From an uncultured Myxococcales bacterium (lineage in GTDB: Bacteria; Myxococcota; Kuafuiibacteriia; Kuafuiibacteriales; Kuafuiibacteriaceae), in NCBI GenBank assembly GCA_964463485.1, contig CAYXDO010000015.1:34259-98258 (forward strand): DNA of 64,000 nucleotides, written 5' to 3'. Under the pieces are notes generated by a model. That model did not search any database. It saw nothing but the letters and a program-made list of their open reading frames with translations, and was not told the origin of the DNA. This document shows, in pieces, positions 8,215-16,266 of the stretch. Positions within the stretch are counted from its first letter, which is position 1, and each line of letters opens with the position of its first letter. Both the position numbers and the translations under genes were made by a program.

Positions 8215-9543
8215 ATGGCGCGCCGAAAGGCCGAGAGCGCCAAGCGCCGGGTGGGTGAGCGCGCGCTCGGCGTGGCTGCCAGGGCTCGTCGGGCCAGGGA
8301 GACCGCGTTGCTCCTGAGGGCCTTGATTCGACCCATCACACCTCGGCGCGGGTCGAACGCGATCAGGATCCTCGTGCTGCCGGCAAATGGGTTTCTGGAG
8401 GACATGCTGGAGGTCGCGGCGAGCGACCCTCGGATCGAGCTCCATGCGCTCTCGCGGACCGCGGTGAAGGCCGTTGCTTCAGCCTTTCTCTCTCCTCGGG
8501 TCAATGACTTCACGTATGGGTCTCCGGACGCGGCCGATCGGCAGGGTATGCGGGCGTATCGCGAGTTTCTCGTCGAGGTGCTCCTTCGAATGCCTTCGGA
8601 GTTGAGGTTCCATGCAGTGGCGAGCGGCAATTTTGCCTACTATGCGGAGCAGGAGCTCGCCGCAGCGTTCGAGGCCTGTGGAGTTCCGTTCGTCGTGCTT
8701 TTGAAGGAGTGTCTCAACACCCCCGGTCTCGAGCGGTTTTGGGAGAGAGTCTATCGTGAGTGGCGCCGACCGTTTGGCGGCCGAAAAATCCTCGTGTACA
8801 ACGAAGGGACTCGGGGGTTGCTCTTGCGCTCGGGTGTTGCGCCGAGCGAGCGCATCTCGGTGGTAGGGATGCCGCGGCTCGATCGCCAACATCGGGACCG
8901 GTCGGGAGGGATGTCCGCCGCACAACTCTTGTTCCTCGTCTTTGGGCCTCGAACAGGGTTGCCGGACATTCCTTCGAGCCGGCGGGACCTCCCCTCAGAG
9001 CTCAGGTACACGGGATGGCGAGACCTCGCGAGGGAGTGCCATCGCGCGGTGCTCGACGTCGCGGTCGAAGCGCCCGAGTCGAGGATCATCGTCAAGGCCA
9101 AGGAAGTCTTGGCCCACCAAAGGGAGGTGGAGGAACACTACCAGGGTCGTCGCGAGCTTCCGCCGAACGTCGAGGTGATCTCGGTGGGCGAGGTGTTCGA
9201 GCCCTTGAGGCGCAGCAGGATCGTGGTGGGTTTCAAATCGACGGCTTTGCTGGAGGCGATGGCGGCCGGCAAGGCGGTCATGGTGCCTCGCTTCGCGGAA
9301 GCGAGCGACCCGGCCTTGGCGGACTTCCTGTTGGATTTGGGAGAGTATGTCGAGTATCCGGAGTCAGCGAGCGCGTTCCGAGCTTCGATGCTACAGCACT
9401 TACGCGGGCAGCGGACGGCGCCGGGCGCTGCCGAATGGGCCGCGCTGGCAAGGCCGGTGTTGGAGCGATGGCTCGGCAACGCCGACGGTCGCTCGGCGGA
9501 GCGAGCTCGGGCCGAGCTCTTGGAGCTGAGTCGTGTCGCATAG
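8215..9543 (+). CDS. Hypothetical protein of about 442 aa. Candidate GT-B-like sugar transferase or modification enzyme acting on the CMP-nonulosonate product.
   Basis: ATG at 8215 is preceded by GGAG. ORF-track start 8176 overlaps the NeuA-like gene. No motif I can name. The position, wedged with overlaps between NeuA-like and GT2, suggests the same operon. Confidence 0.5.
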   Translation: MARRKAESAKRRVGERALGVAARARRARETALLLRALIRPITPRRGSNAIRILVLPANGFLEDMLEVAASDPRIELHALSRTAVKAVASAFLSPRVNDFTYGSPDAADRQGMRAYREFLVEVLLRMPSELRFHAVASGNFAYYAEQELAAAFEACGVPFVVLLKECLNTPGLERFWERVYREWRRPFGGRKILVYNEGTRGLLLRSGVAPSERISVVGMPRLDRQHRDRSGGMSAAQLLFLVFGPRTGLPDIPSSRRDLPSELRYTGWRDLARECHRAVLDVAVEAPESRIIVKAKEVLAHQREVEEHYQGRRELPPNVEVISVGEVFEPLRRSRIVVGFKSTALLEAMAAGKAVMVPRFAEASDPALADFLLDLGEYVEYPESASAFRASMLQHLRGQRTAPGAAEWAALARPVLERWLGNADGRSAERARAELLELSRVA

Positions 9544-10405
9544 TGTCTCGGTCGTGGTTCCGACCGCGAACAGACGACCGCACGAAATTCTCCGAGCCGT
9601 CGACAGCGTGTTGTCGCAGTCTTCGGGCCGAGCGCTCTCGGGCGTCGAGCTCATCGTCGCGAACAACTCGTCCGGGCGGCTCAACCGCGCCATCGAGGTG
9701 CTCGCAGAGTCCGGCGCGCTGCAGGTCGTGGACGCCTCACGGGTGACCGGTGTCAGTCACGCTCGAAACGCGGGCGCTCGTCTGGCGCGACACGAAGTCC
9801 TCGCATTCTTGGATGACGATGACTGGTGGTCCCCGTCTTTCCTCTCAGACTTGCTGCTCGAGCTCGACGCACACTCCGCCGATTTGTGCTCCAGCGGGTT
9901 TTGGGTTTGGACGGAGAGAGGTAAGAAGCCCGGTCCGATGCTCGAATCACCCACGACGGCGGCGCGGTTCTTGAGTGAGAATCCGGGCATCACGGGCTCG
10001 AACTTCATCATTCGTCGGAGCGCCTTCGAGGCGCTCGGCGGCTTCGACGAGGCCCTGTTCGCGTCCAACGATGGGGACTTCATGATTCGCTTCCTGGAGT
10101 CCGGAGAGTACGCATGGCGAGTCGTGATGGCGAGGCTGGTGAACGTAGACCGTACGCCACACGACCAGGTCTCCGTGCCCACGCCAAGACGAGTCCAGAG
10201 CATGCGGAGATTTCAGTCCATCCACGGCGCCAAGATGGGCCCGCGGGTCCAGAGAGACTTCGAGTACCGCCTGGCCGTGTGCGAGGCCGCGAGCAACCGA
10301 TCCTATTGGGATTTGGTCGGGCTGATTCCCCGGCATCCTAGGTGGTCACGCCAGACACTCGGGTGGATCAAGAAGCTCGCGCTGGGCCGGCACTCGACGT
10401 TCTGA
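9533..10405 (+). CDS. Glycosyltransferase family 2
   Basis: MSHSVSVVVPTANRRPHEILRAVDSVLSQS...FLDDDDWW is a GT2 fold signature. Start overlaps the previous stop by 11 nt. Confidence 0.75.
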   Translation: MSHSVSVVVPTANRRPHEILRAVDSVLSQSSGRALSGVELIVANNSSGRLNRAIEVLAESGALQVVDASRVTGVSHARNAGARLARHEVLAFLDDDDWWSPSFLSDLLLELDAHSADLCSSGFWVWTERGKKPGPMLESPTTAARFLSENPGITGSNFIIRRSAFEALGGFDEALFASNDGDFMIRFLESGEYAWRVVMARLVNVDRTPHDQVSVPTPRRVQSMRRFQSIHGAKMGPRVQRDFEYRLAVCEAASNRSYWDLVGLIPRHPRWSRQTLGWIKKLALGRHSTF

Positions 10406-11456
10406 GCGGATCGCGGCTCAGACGTCTGGCGACCGCGTCAGCCATCGCCCGCTCCACGTTCACCGGACCCCCGATTTCGATCCAGCGGTCGAATTCTCGC
10501 CGATAATGAAAGCGAGCCTTCAGCGCCGTCGTGAGCCCGAAATGCACACCTTGATACTCCAACAACAATGGACGTTCTGGGCTTGGCCGACGATCGACGA
10601 TGATGTCGAGCGACGCGAAGGGCAGGTCGAGCTCCTTGGCGGCCTCGAAAGCGAAGTCGAGGATCGTTGCGGGGACCGGCAAGAACTCGAGCCTGCCGCC
10701 CCCGCTCGCCCGAAAGTCGCGCCGACGATTGCGGCGGTAGAGGCCGCACGCGACGTCGTCCCACAGAAGTACTTTCCAATCCCCTTCGCTGACGATGAGC
10801 TCCTGAGCGACGAGTCGCCCAACGGTATGCCGGCGCAGCGCTCGGTCGAGCGCCCGCCTGACGAGACCGCGACCGGGAAACGATGCCGGATCGGTGAGGA
10901 TTCGTCGCGCGGCCCGTCGCGCCTCGCTGGGCGTGCGCGCGAGGCTCACGCCGGAGGCCCCCCACCCAGTCGCGGTCTTCAACACGATGGGAAAGTCCGC
11001 ATCAGCCAAATAGCGATCGAGGTGACCGGAAAAGCCGAAGACTCGAGTCCGCGGGACGGGAATCTTGGAGCGCCCGAGACGGACGGCCTGGTAGACCTTG
11101 TCTTCGTGGGCGAGCATGTGCTCGAACGAAGGCAAGAGGACGACGCCTTGTCTCTCCAGGGCTGAGAGTATCGACCTGATGAAAGCCGAGTACTCTGGAC
11201 GCTGGCTCGTCGCGTACACGGCGGCGGAGGGCCGAGCTGTGGCAAGCTCGAACAACCGCGGATCATGGAGCCCTACCGAAACCGCTTCGAGCCCGTGCCC
11301 GTTCAAGCTCCCCTCGAGCTCCCGCAAGTCTAGCCCCTCGTTCGCGCCGATGCGTTGTGGCACCTGGCCTTTGAAGTCCGTGAGGATCAAGACCCGAGAG
11401 ATGGGTACGGATAGGCGAGGAGAGTCCACCGCCCGACGAATAACTCGACGCTTCAC
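10368..11456 (-). CDS. ATP-grasp domain protein (RimK/D-Ala-D-Ala-ligase-like). Start uncertain, probably GTG near 11456.
   Basis: FPIVLKTATGWGASGVSLARTPSEARRAARRIL is the ATP-grasp glycine-rich ATP-binding region, followed by WKVLLWDDV...YRRN. The full ORF to 11660 would overlap the divergent GT2 start at 11475, so a shorter N-terminus is likely. Confidence 0.55.
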   Translation of the reverse strand: MKRRVIRRAVDSPRLSVPISRVLILTDFKGQVPQRIGANEGLDLRELEGSLNGHGLEAVSVGLHDPRLFELATARPSAAVYATSQRPEYSAFIRSILSALERQGVVLLPSFEHMLAHEDKVYQAVRLGRSKIPVPRTRVFGFSGHLDRYLADADFPIVLKTATGWGASGVSLARTPSEARRAARRILTDPASFPGRGLVRRALDRALRRHTVGRLVAQELIVSEGDWKVLLWDDVACGLYRRNRRRDFRASGGGRLEFLPVPATILDFAFEAAKELDLPFASLDIIVDRRPSPERPLLLEYQGVHFGLTTALKARFHYRREFDRWIEIGGPVNVERAMADAVARRLSRDPLRTSSAGPARAS

Positions 11457-11474
11457 CGATGAGAAGGGGGCCGC

Positions 11475-12407
11475 GTGAATCCGACGCTCTCGATTGTCGT
11501 TCCCGCGCGAAACGTCGCCCGGTGGATCGACGAAGCCGTTCGAAGCGCGCTCGGCTCGAGGCTCGCCTGCGAAGTGCTCGTGGTGGACGATGGCTCGAGT
11601 GATGATACTTGCTGCAGAGTCGAGCAGATTCGCGATTCGCGGGTGAGGGTCGTTCGGCAACGTCCGTTGGGACTCTCATCGGCTCGAAATCGAGGGATCA
11701 CCGAGGCCACCGGGCAATTCATTAGCTTCTTGGACGGCGATGACTGCGTGCTCGCGGCAGAGCTCGATCGAGCGGTGAGTCGCCTGGCGCGTACGGAAGC
11801 CTGGGTGATTTATGGAGAGACCATGATCATGGACTCTCTTGGCAGGGTCTTCGGAGCACGTCCGCCTCCCCTGTTTGCGCCCCGACCGGAGGGTGACGTG
11901 CTCCGGGCGCTCCTCGCTCGCAATTTCATCGCCAGCACGGGAGCCACCGCCATCCGGAGGATCGCGTTCGAGTCGGTGGGTCGGTATGCGCCCGAGCTCG
12001 TCCGGGCGCAGGACTGGGAGATGTGGTGCCGACTCGCAGCCAAGGGTAGGTTCCTTTACGCGGGTCCTCGGCCCATACTCCTCAGGAGAGTCAGAGTCGG
12101 AAGCGTGAGTGCGACGATCGGACTCTCCGCTGCCGAGATGCTTCGTACGATCGAGGTCGTGTTTTCGAATGCGGACGTGGTGGGCGCGATTCCGCGCGAG
12201 CGACTTCGCACGCTGGAGCGCATGCAGATAGCGTTTGCCCACGTAGTCGCGGGAACGGAGTGCTTGAGGGCGCGGCGGTTCGATGAAGCCCGCCGCGCCC
12301 TCGCCCGCGCCCTCGCGATGGATCCGACGCGCCCAGAGGCCGGCGTGCTGCTTCTCGCGGCGCTCGCGCGCCGACTGCCCTCCTCGCTGGAACGCAGACT
12401 CAAGTAG
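11475..12407 (+). CDS. Glycosyltransferase family 2 with C-terminal TPR-like helical tail
   Basis: MNPTLSIVVPARNVARWIDEAVRSAL...VLVVDDGSSDDT...FLDGDD are GT2 motifs. C-terminal Ala/Arg-rich helical region. Confidence 0.75.
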   Translation: MNPTLSIVVPARNVARWIDEAVRSALGSRLACEVLVVDDGSSDDTCCRVEQIRDSRVRVVRQRPLGLSSARNRGITEATGQFISFLDGDDCVLAAELDRAVSRLARTEAWVIYGETMIMDSLGRVFGARPPPLFAPRPEGDVLRALLARNFIASTGATAIRRIAFESVGRYAPELVRAQDWEMWCRLAAKGRFLYAGPRPILLRRVRVGSVSATIGLSAAEMLRTIEVVFSNADVVGAIPRERLRTLERMQIAFAHVVAGTECLRARRFDEARRALARALAMDPTRPEAGVLLLAALARRLPSSLERRLK

Positions 12408-12464
12408 TCGCAGCGGCTTCTCCTTGCACCGCAGCTGCCTCTCGGGTGATCGTCCTCGCTGCTG

Positions 12465-13457
12465 GTGCTCATCTCCATCGTCATACCGATGCTTGACGAA
12501 GCGGGGAGCCTGCCGAGCCTCCACGCGGAGCTCGTCAAAGTCATCGAATCGAGTGGTCTCGAGGCGGAGGTCATCTTCGTCGACGACGGAAGCACGGACG
12601 CGACGTGGCGAGAGCTCGAAGCCATGACCCGACAGGATTCCAGAGTCGTGGCCCTTCGCCTGCGGCGCCGATTCGGCAAGGCCGCTGCGCTCTCGGCGGG
12701 CTTTGCGTTGTCGCGAGGCGAGCTCATCGTGACCTTGGATGGAGATGGCCAAGACGACCCGATGGAGGTTCCTCGGTGCTTGCGCGCGATCGATGAGGGC
12801 CTCGACGTCGTGGTCGGGTGGAAGCGCGATCGAAGGGACCCATTTACCAGGGTCCTCGCCAGCCGAATATTCAACCTCACGGAGAGCCTGCTCAGCGGGT
12901 TGCGGCTTCACGATCATAACTCGGGGCTGAAGGCGATGCGTCGCGCAGTGGTGTCGGAGGTGCGGTTGCACGGGGAGCTCCATCGCTTCATTCCCGCGCT
13001 CGCTCATGCTCGCGGCTTCCGGGTGGGAGAGATTCCGGTGAATCACCGGCCGCGTAAGTTTGGAAAATCCAAGTACGGCTTGTCGCGGTACGTCTGGGGA
13101 CTCCTCGATCTATTGATGGTCCGCCTGCTCGTGGGTTATCGCAGCCGGCCCCAACACGTGTTGGGTCTCTTGGGCTTCGGCTCCTTCTTCGCTGGCGGGA
13201 CCGGGCTGAGTTACCTCGCGGCCACGTGGATCGCCCGTTTTTATCGAGCGGACGAATACCTTCCGCTCGCGTCACGGCCACTGACTTTGTATTCGGTGGC
13301 CGCCCTCGTCTTCGGCGCCCAGATGCTGTCCTTGGGATTTCTCGCGGGACTCCTGCCCGTCTACAGCTCCCGAGATGAGGATCATTACAGCATCAAGGGA
13401 GTCATCGACTCCCGCCGGCCCCTCGACGTGTCCGCGCAGGAGAAGAGAGGAACGTGA
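12465..13457 (+). CDS. Polyprenyl-phosphate glycosyltransferase (GT2, DPM1/ArnC/GtrB-like) with C-terminal TM helices
   Basis: MLISIVIPMLDEAGSL...VIFVDDGSTDATW...VTLDGDGQDDP is the DPM1/ArnC signature. Two C-terminal hydrophobic helices typical of bactoprenol-P sugar synthases. Confidence 0.8.
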   Translation: MLISIVIPMLDEAGSLPSLHAELVKVIESSGLEAEVIFVDDGSTDATWRELEAMTRQDSRVVALRLRRRFGKAAALSAGFALSRGELIVTLDGDGQDDPMEVPRCLRAIDEGLDVVVGWKRDRRDPFTRVLASRIFNLTESLLSGLRLHDHNSGLKAMRRAVVSEVRLHGELHRFIPALAHARGFRVGEIPVNHRPRKFGKSKYGLSRYVWGLLDLLMVRLLVGYRSRPQHVLGLLGFGSFFAGGTGLSYLAATWIARFYRADEYLPLASRPLTLYSVAALVFGAQMLSLGFLAGLLPVYSSRDEDHYSIKGVIDSRRPLDVSAQEKRGT

Positions 13458-15286
13458 ATTCGAGAGAGCCCGGAGTGACCAACTCAGCTCGCCCGGGACT
13501 TCTCGAGGCGATGGGCGCGACCTGGTCGATGCTAGCCGTCAAGGATCGGCGTCGCCTGCTCGGACTCGTGGGGCTGCTCGTGATCGGCGCTGGACTGGAG
13601 GCGCTCGGAGTTGGATCGATCTTGCCGATCGTCCTCATGATCACTCGAGGTGAGTCAGCGGCTGCCCCGGGCTTGTCGCCCAAGCTCTACGCGGTGCTCG
13701 AGCGACTCACTTCGGGAGTCGGTCCTCCTGCGGTGGCGCTGCTCGTAGTCGGCGTCTTCGTTGTCAAGAACGGCTTTCTCTCCCTGACCGCGTACCTGCA
13801 ATTTCGTTTCATCAATCGCTTGCAGGTAGAGGCGGGAGAGGAGTTGTTTCGCCTTTACATGAGTCTGCCGTACGTCGATCATCTGGGTTCGAACCCGGCG
13901 CATCTGCTGAGGGACATCGACTCGGACGTCAAGCTCGCCCATCAAAAGGTGCTGCGCGCGATGATTCAGCTCCTCACGGAGGCCTTCGTTCTCTCTGCCA
14001 TCACGCTCCTGCTCGCGCTGCTCGATCCAGCCGTCGCGATCGCGGCGTTTGGGGTTTGTGGGGCGATGGGTTGGGCGTTTCACAGACTGATTAGGCGAAA
14101 GAGCGCTGGCTTGGGGCTTGCGGAGCGTCGGGCTCGGGGTCGAATCAACGAGCTCGTCCTGCAAGGGTTGCACTCCCTTCGTGAGACGAAGGTTCTCGGA
14201 CGCGAGGGCTTCTTCATCGCCGGTTTCGCGGAGGAGGCTCGACTGTTTTCGCGCGCGCACCTTTTCAACCAAATGGCGACGACGACCCCGTACTACGTTC
14301 TCGAGACGGTCGTGGCGGCAAGTCTGCTCCTGGTCCTGTGGTTGGGTCTGGTTCGGGGGTATGAGTTGTCGACGCTGGCTCCGGTCTTGGCTGTGTTCGT
14401 GGTCGCCGCGCTCCGCCTCGCCCCTTCGCTCAATCGAACGCTCGGAGCGGTCGAGTCGATGAGGTTCCACGGCCCCTCCGTGCGGGCGCTGTTGGCGAAT
14501 CGCTCGCGGGCACGTGCGAGTATCCTCGTCGAGGTGACGATGGGCGAACGAATCGAGCTGACGAATTCCATCCAGCTCCGAGGAGTTTCGTTCTCCTATC
14601 CCGACTCGCGTCGCCGCGCGCTCACCGAAGTCGAGCTTACCATCCCTCACGGCACGATTTTCGGCCTCGTCGGCCCCACCGGTAGCGGTAAGACCACGAC
14701 GGCCGATCTCGTACTGGGGCTGCTGCGCCCTCAAAGTGGGGAAATCCTCGTCGACGGGAAAGACATCTTCCGCGGCCTCGAGAGTTGGCGGGATCAGGTC
14801 GCGTATGTACCGCAGACCGTCTATCTCACGGACGACACGATTCGTCGAAACGTCGCCTTCGCCCTGCCGCCCGAGCGAATCGACGAGGCCGCGGTACTCA
14901 GGGCGCTGGAAGGCGCGCGGCTCCTCGACTTCGTACGCTCGCTCCCCAAGGGGCTCGAAACCGTCGTGGGAGAAGCGGGAGCTAGGCTCTCGGCGGGGGA
15001 GCGTCAGCGGATTGGAATCGCCCGCGCGCTGTATCGACCGGGCCGACTCCTCGTCCTAGACGAGTCCACCTCGGCGCTCGATTTGGAAACCGAGCGGCAA
15101 ATCTGCGAGACGATTTCGAGCCTACGCAAGGATCGGACGATCCTGATCATCGCTCATCGGCCCAGCACGATCGAGTCATGCGACCAGGTCTGCCTGCTAT
15201 CAGAAGGTCGTATCATGCGGATCGGAGCTCCACGAGAGGTGATGGGCGAAGGTTTCGGAGTGGCCTCGGCTGGGGCGCTTTCATGA
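13454..15286 (+). CDS. ABC exporter, fused permease plus ATPase (MsbA/PglK-like). Candidate lipid-linked glycan flippase.
   Basis: Six-TM N-terminal half. Walker A GPTGSGKTT, ABC signature LSAGERQRIGIARAL, Walker B LLVLDESTSALD. GTG start overlaps the upstream stop (GTGA). Confidence 0.85.
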   Translation: MNSREPGVTNSARPGLLEAMGATWSMLAVKDRRRLLGLVGLLVIGAGLEALGVGSILPIVLMITRGESAAAPGLSPKLYAVLERLTSGVGPPAVALLVVGVFVVKNGFLSLTAYLQFRFINRLQVEAGEELFRLYMSLPYVDHLGSNPAHLLRDIDSDVKLAHQKVLRAMIQLLTEAFVLSAITLLLALLDPAVAIAAFGVCGAMGWAFHRLIRRKSAGLGLAERRARGRINELVLQGLHSLRETKVLGREGFFIAGFAEEARLFSRAHLFNQMATTTPYYVLETVVAASLLLVLWLGLVRGYELSTLAPVLAVFVVAALRLAPSLNRTLGAVESMRFHGPSVRALLANRSRARASILVEVTMGERIELTNSIQLRGVSFSYPDSRRRALTEVELTIPHGTIFGLVGPTGSGKTTTADLVLGLLRPQSGEILVDGKDIFRGLESWRDQVAYVPQTVYLTDDTIRRNVAFALPPERIDEAAVLRALEGARLLDFVRSLPKGLETVVGEAGARLSAGERQRIGIARALYRPGRLLVLDESTSALDLETERQICETISSLRKDRTILIIAHRPSTIESCDQVCLLSEGRIMRIGAPREVMGEGFGVASAGALS

Positions 15287-16266
15287 GTAGCGGGAGCCGT
15301 CCGCTTCGGCCTCAGTCGGGTCGGGATGAGAGCTCAACTCCGACCGCGCCGTCGAATCCGGGAAACGGAGGCCAGGTCGCCCTGAGTGTCGTGATTCCAG
15401 CATACCAGATGCGCGACGAGCTCGCGTCGTGCCTCGATGCGTTGATGTCGGAGCGCTCCGACGCGGGAGTTTCTTTCGAGGTGATTGTCGTCGAGAGCTC
15501 TGGAGATTCGACCGCCGCCGACCTGGCCGATCGATTCACCGAGGTGACTTTCGTGGACGTTGGCGCCCGCGCGTTCGCAGGAGAGGCTCGGAACATCGGC
15601 GCACGGCGCGCGAGAGCCCCTATCATCGCTTTTCTCGACGCGGACTGTATCATCGAGCCAGGCTGGGTCGAGGCCACGATTCGGTCCCATGAGTCCGTGG
15701 ACGCGATCGTCGGCGGAGCCGTGCTTCCGCGGCCGCCGATTTCGGCGAGCGGCCTCCTGCTCTTCGCGATCGAATTCTCGGAGTTCCTTCCTCGGGGGAA
15801 GCGTCGCGAGATGCGCTTCGTTCCTTCGTATAGCATGTCGCTTCGCTCGTCGACGATGGCGGCGACTGGCGGGTTCAGTGCCGAGCTCGAAGTCTCCGAA
15901 GATGTCGCATTTTGTGCAGCCGCGCGACGCGCGGGCCGACGCGTGTTGTTCGAGCCTTCCGTTCGCGTCCGTCACGTCGACCGATCTGGGTTCCAACGAG
16001 CGCTCGGGAGGCTTCACAAGCTGGGGGAGGGGTCGGGGCGAGCGAGAGTGTTGCATGAGCTTCACGGGAGCTTCATCGCGCGTTTCAGACCACTCGTACC
16101 CTTGTTGGTTCCCTACCGATTCGCCATGATTTTCGGGCGCGTCGCCGCGAGTGACCACGGTATCGAGCGGGCGCTCGCGTACGCGCTCGGCGCTCCGATC
16201 GTGCTCCTCGGCTTGGGCTCGTGGGCGCATGGGTTCTGGGTCGGGATCAAAGAGGCGAGTCCTTGA
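15283..16266 (+). CDS. Glycosyltransferase family 2
   Basis: VALSVVIPAYQMRDELASCLDAL...FEVIVVESSGD...FLDADC. ATG at 15283 overlaps the ABC-gene stop (ATGA). ORF-track start 15178 lies inside the ABC gene. Confidence 0.7.
   Translation: MSSGSRPLRPQSGRDESSTPTAPSNPGNGGQVALSVVIPAYQMRDELASCLDALMSERSDAGVSFEVIVVESSGDSTAADLADRFTEVTFVDVGARAFAGEARNIGARRARAPIIAFLDADCIIEPGWVEATIRSHESVDAIVGGAVLPRPPISASGLLLFAIEFSEFLPRGKRREMRFVPSYSMSLRSSTMAATGGFSAELEVSEDVAFCAAARRAGRRVLFEPSVRVRHVDRSGFQRALGRLHKLGEGSGRARVLHELHGSFIARFRPLVPLLVPYRFAMIFGRVAASDHGIERALAYALGAPIVLLGLGSWAHGFWVGIKEASP

Noticed and set aside
10438-16230. Large antisense ORFs across the glycan island (10438..10965, 11676..13046, 13655..14734, 15334..16230, 16986..18113)
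   Set aside because: They lie opposite genes with clear GT2, ABC or ATP-grasp motifs. The translations are Arg/Pro/Gly-rich without domains. These are shadow ORFs in high-GC sequence.
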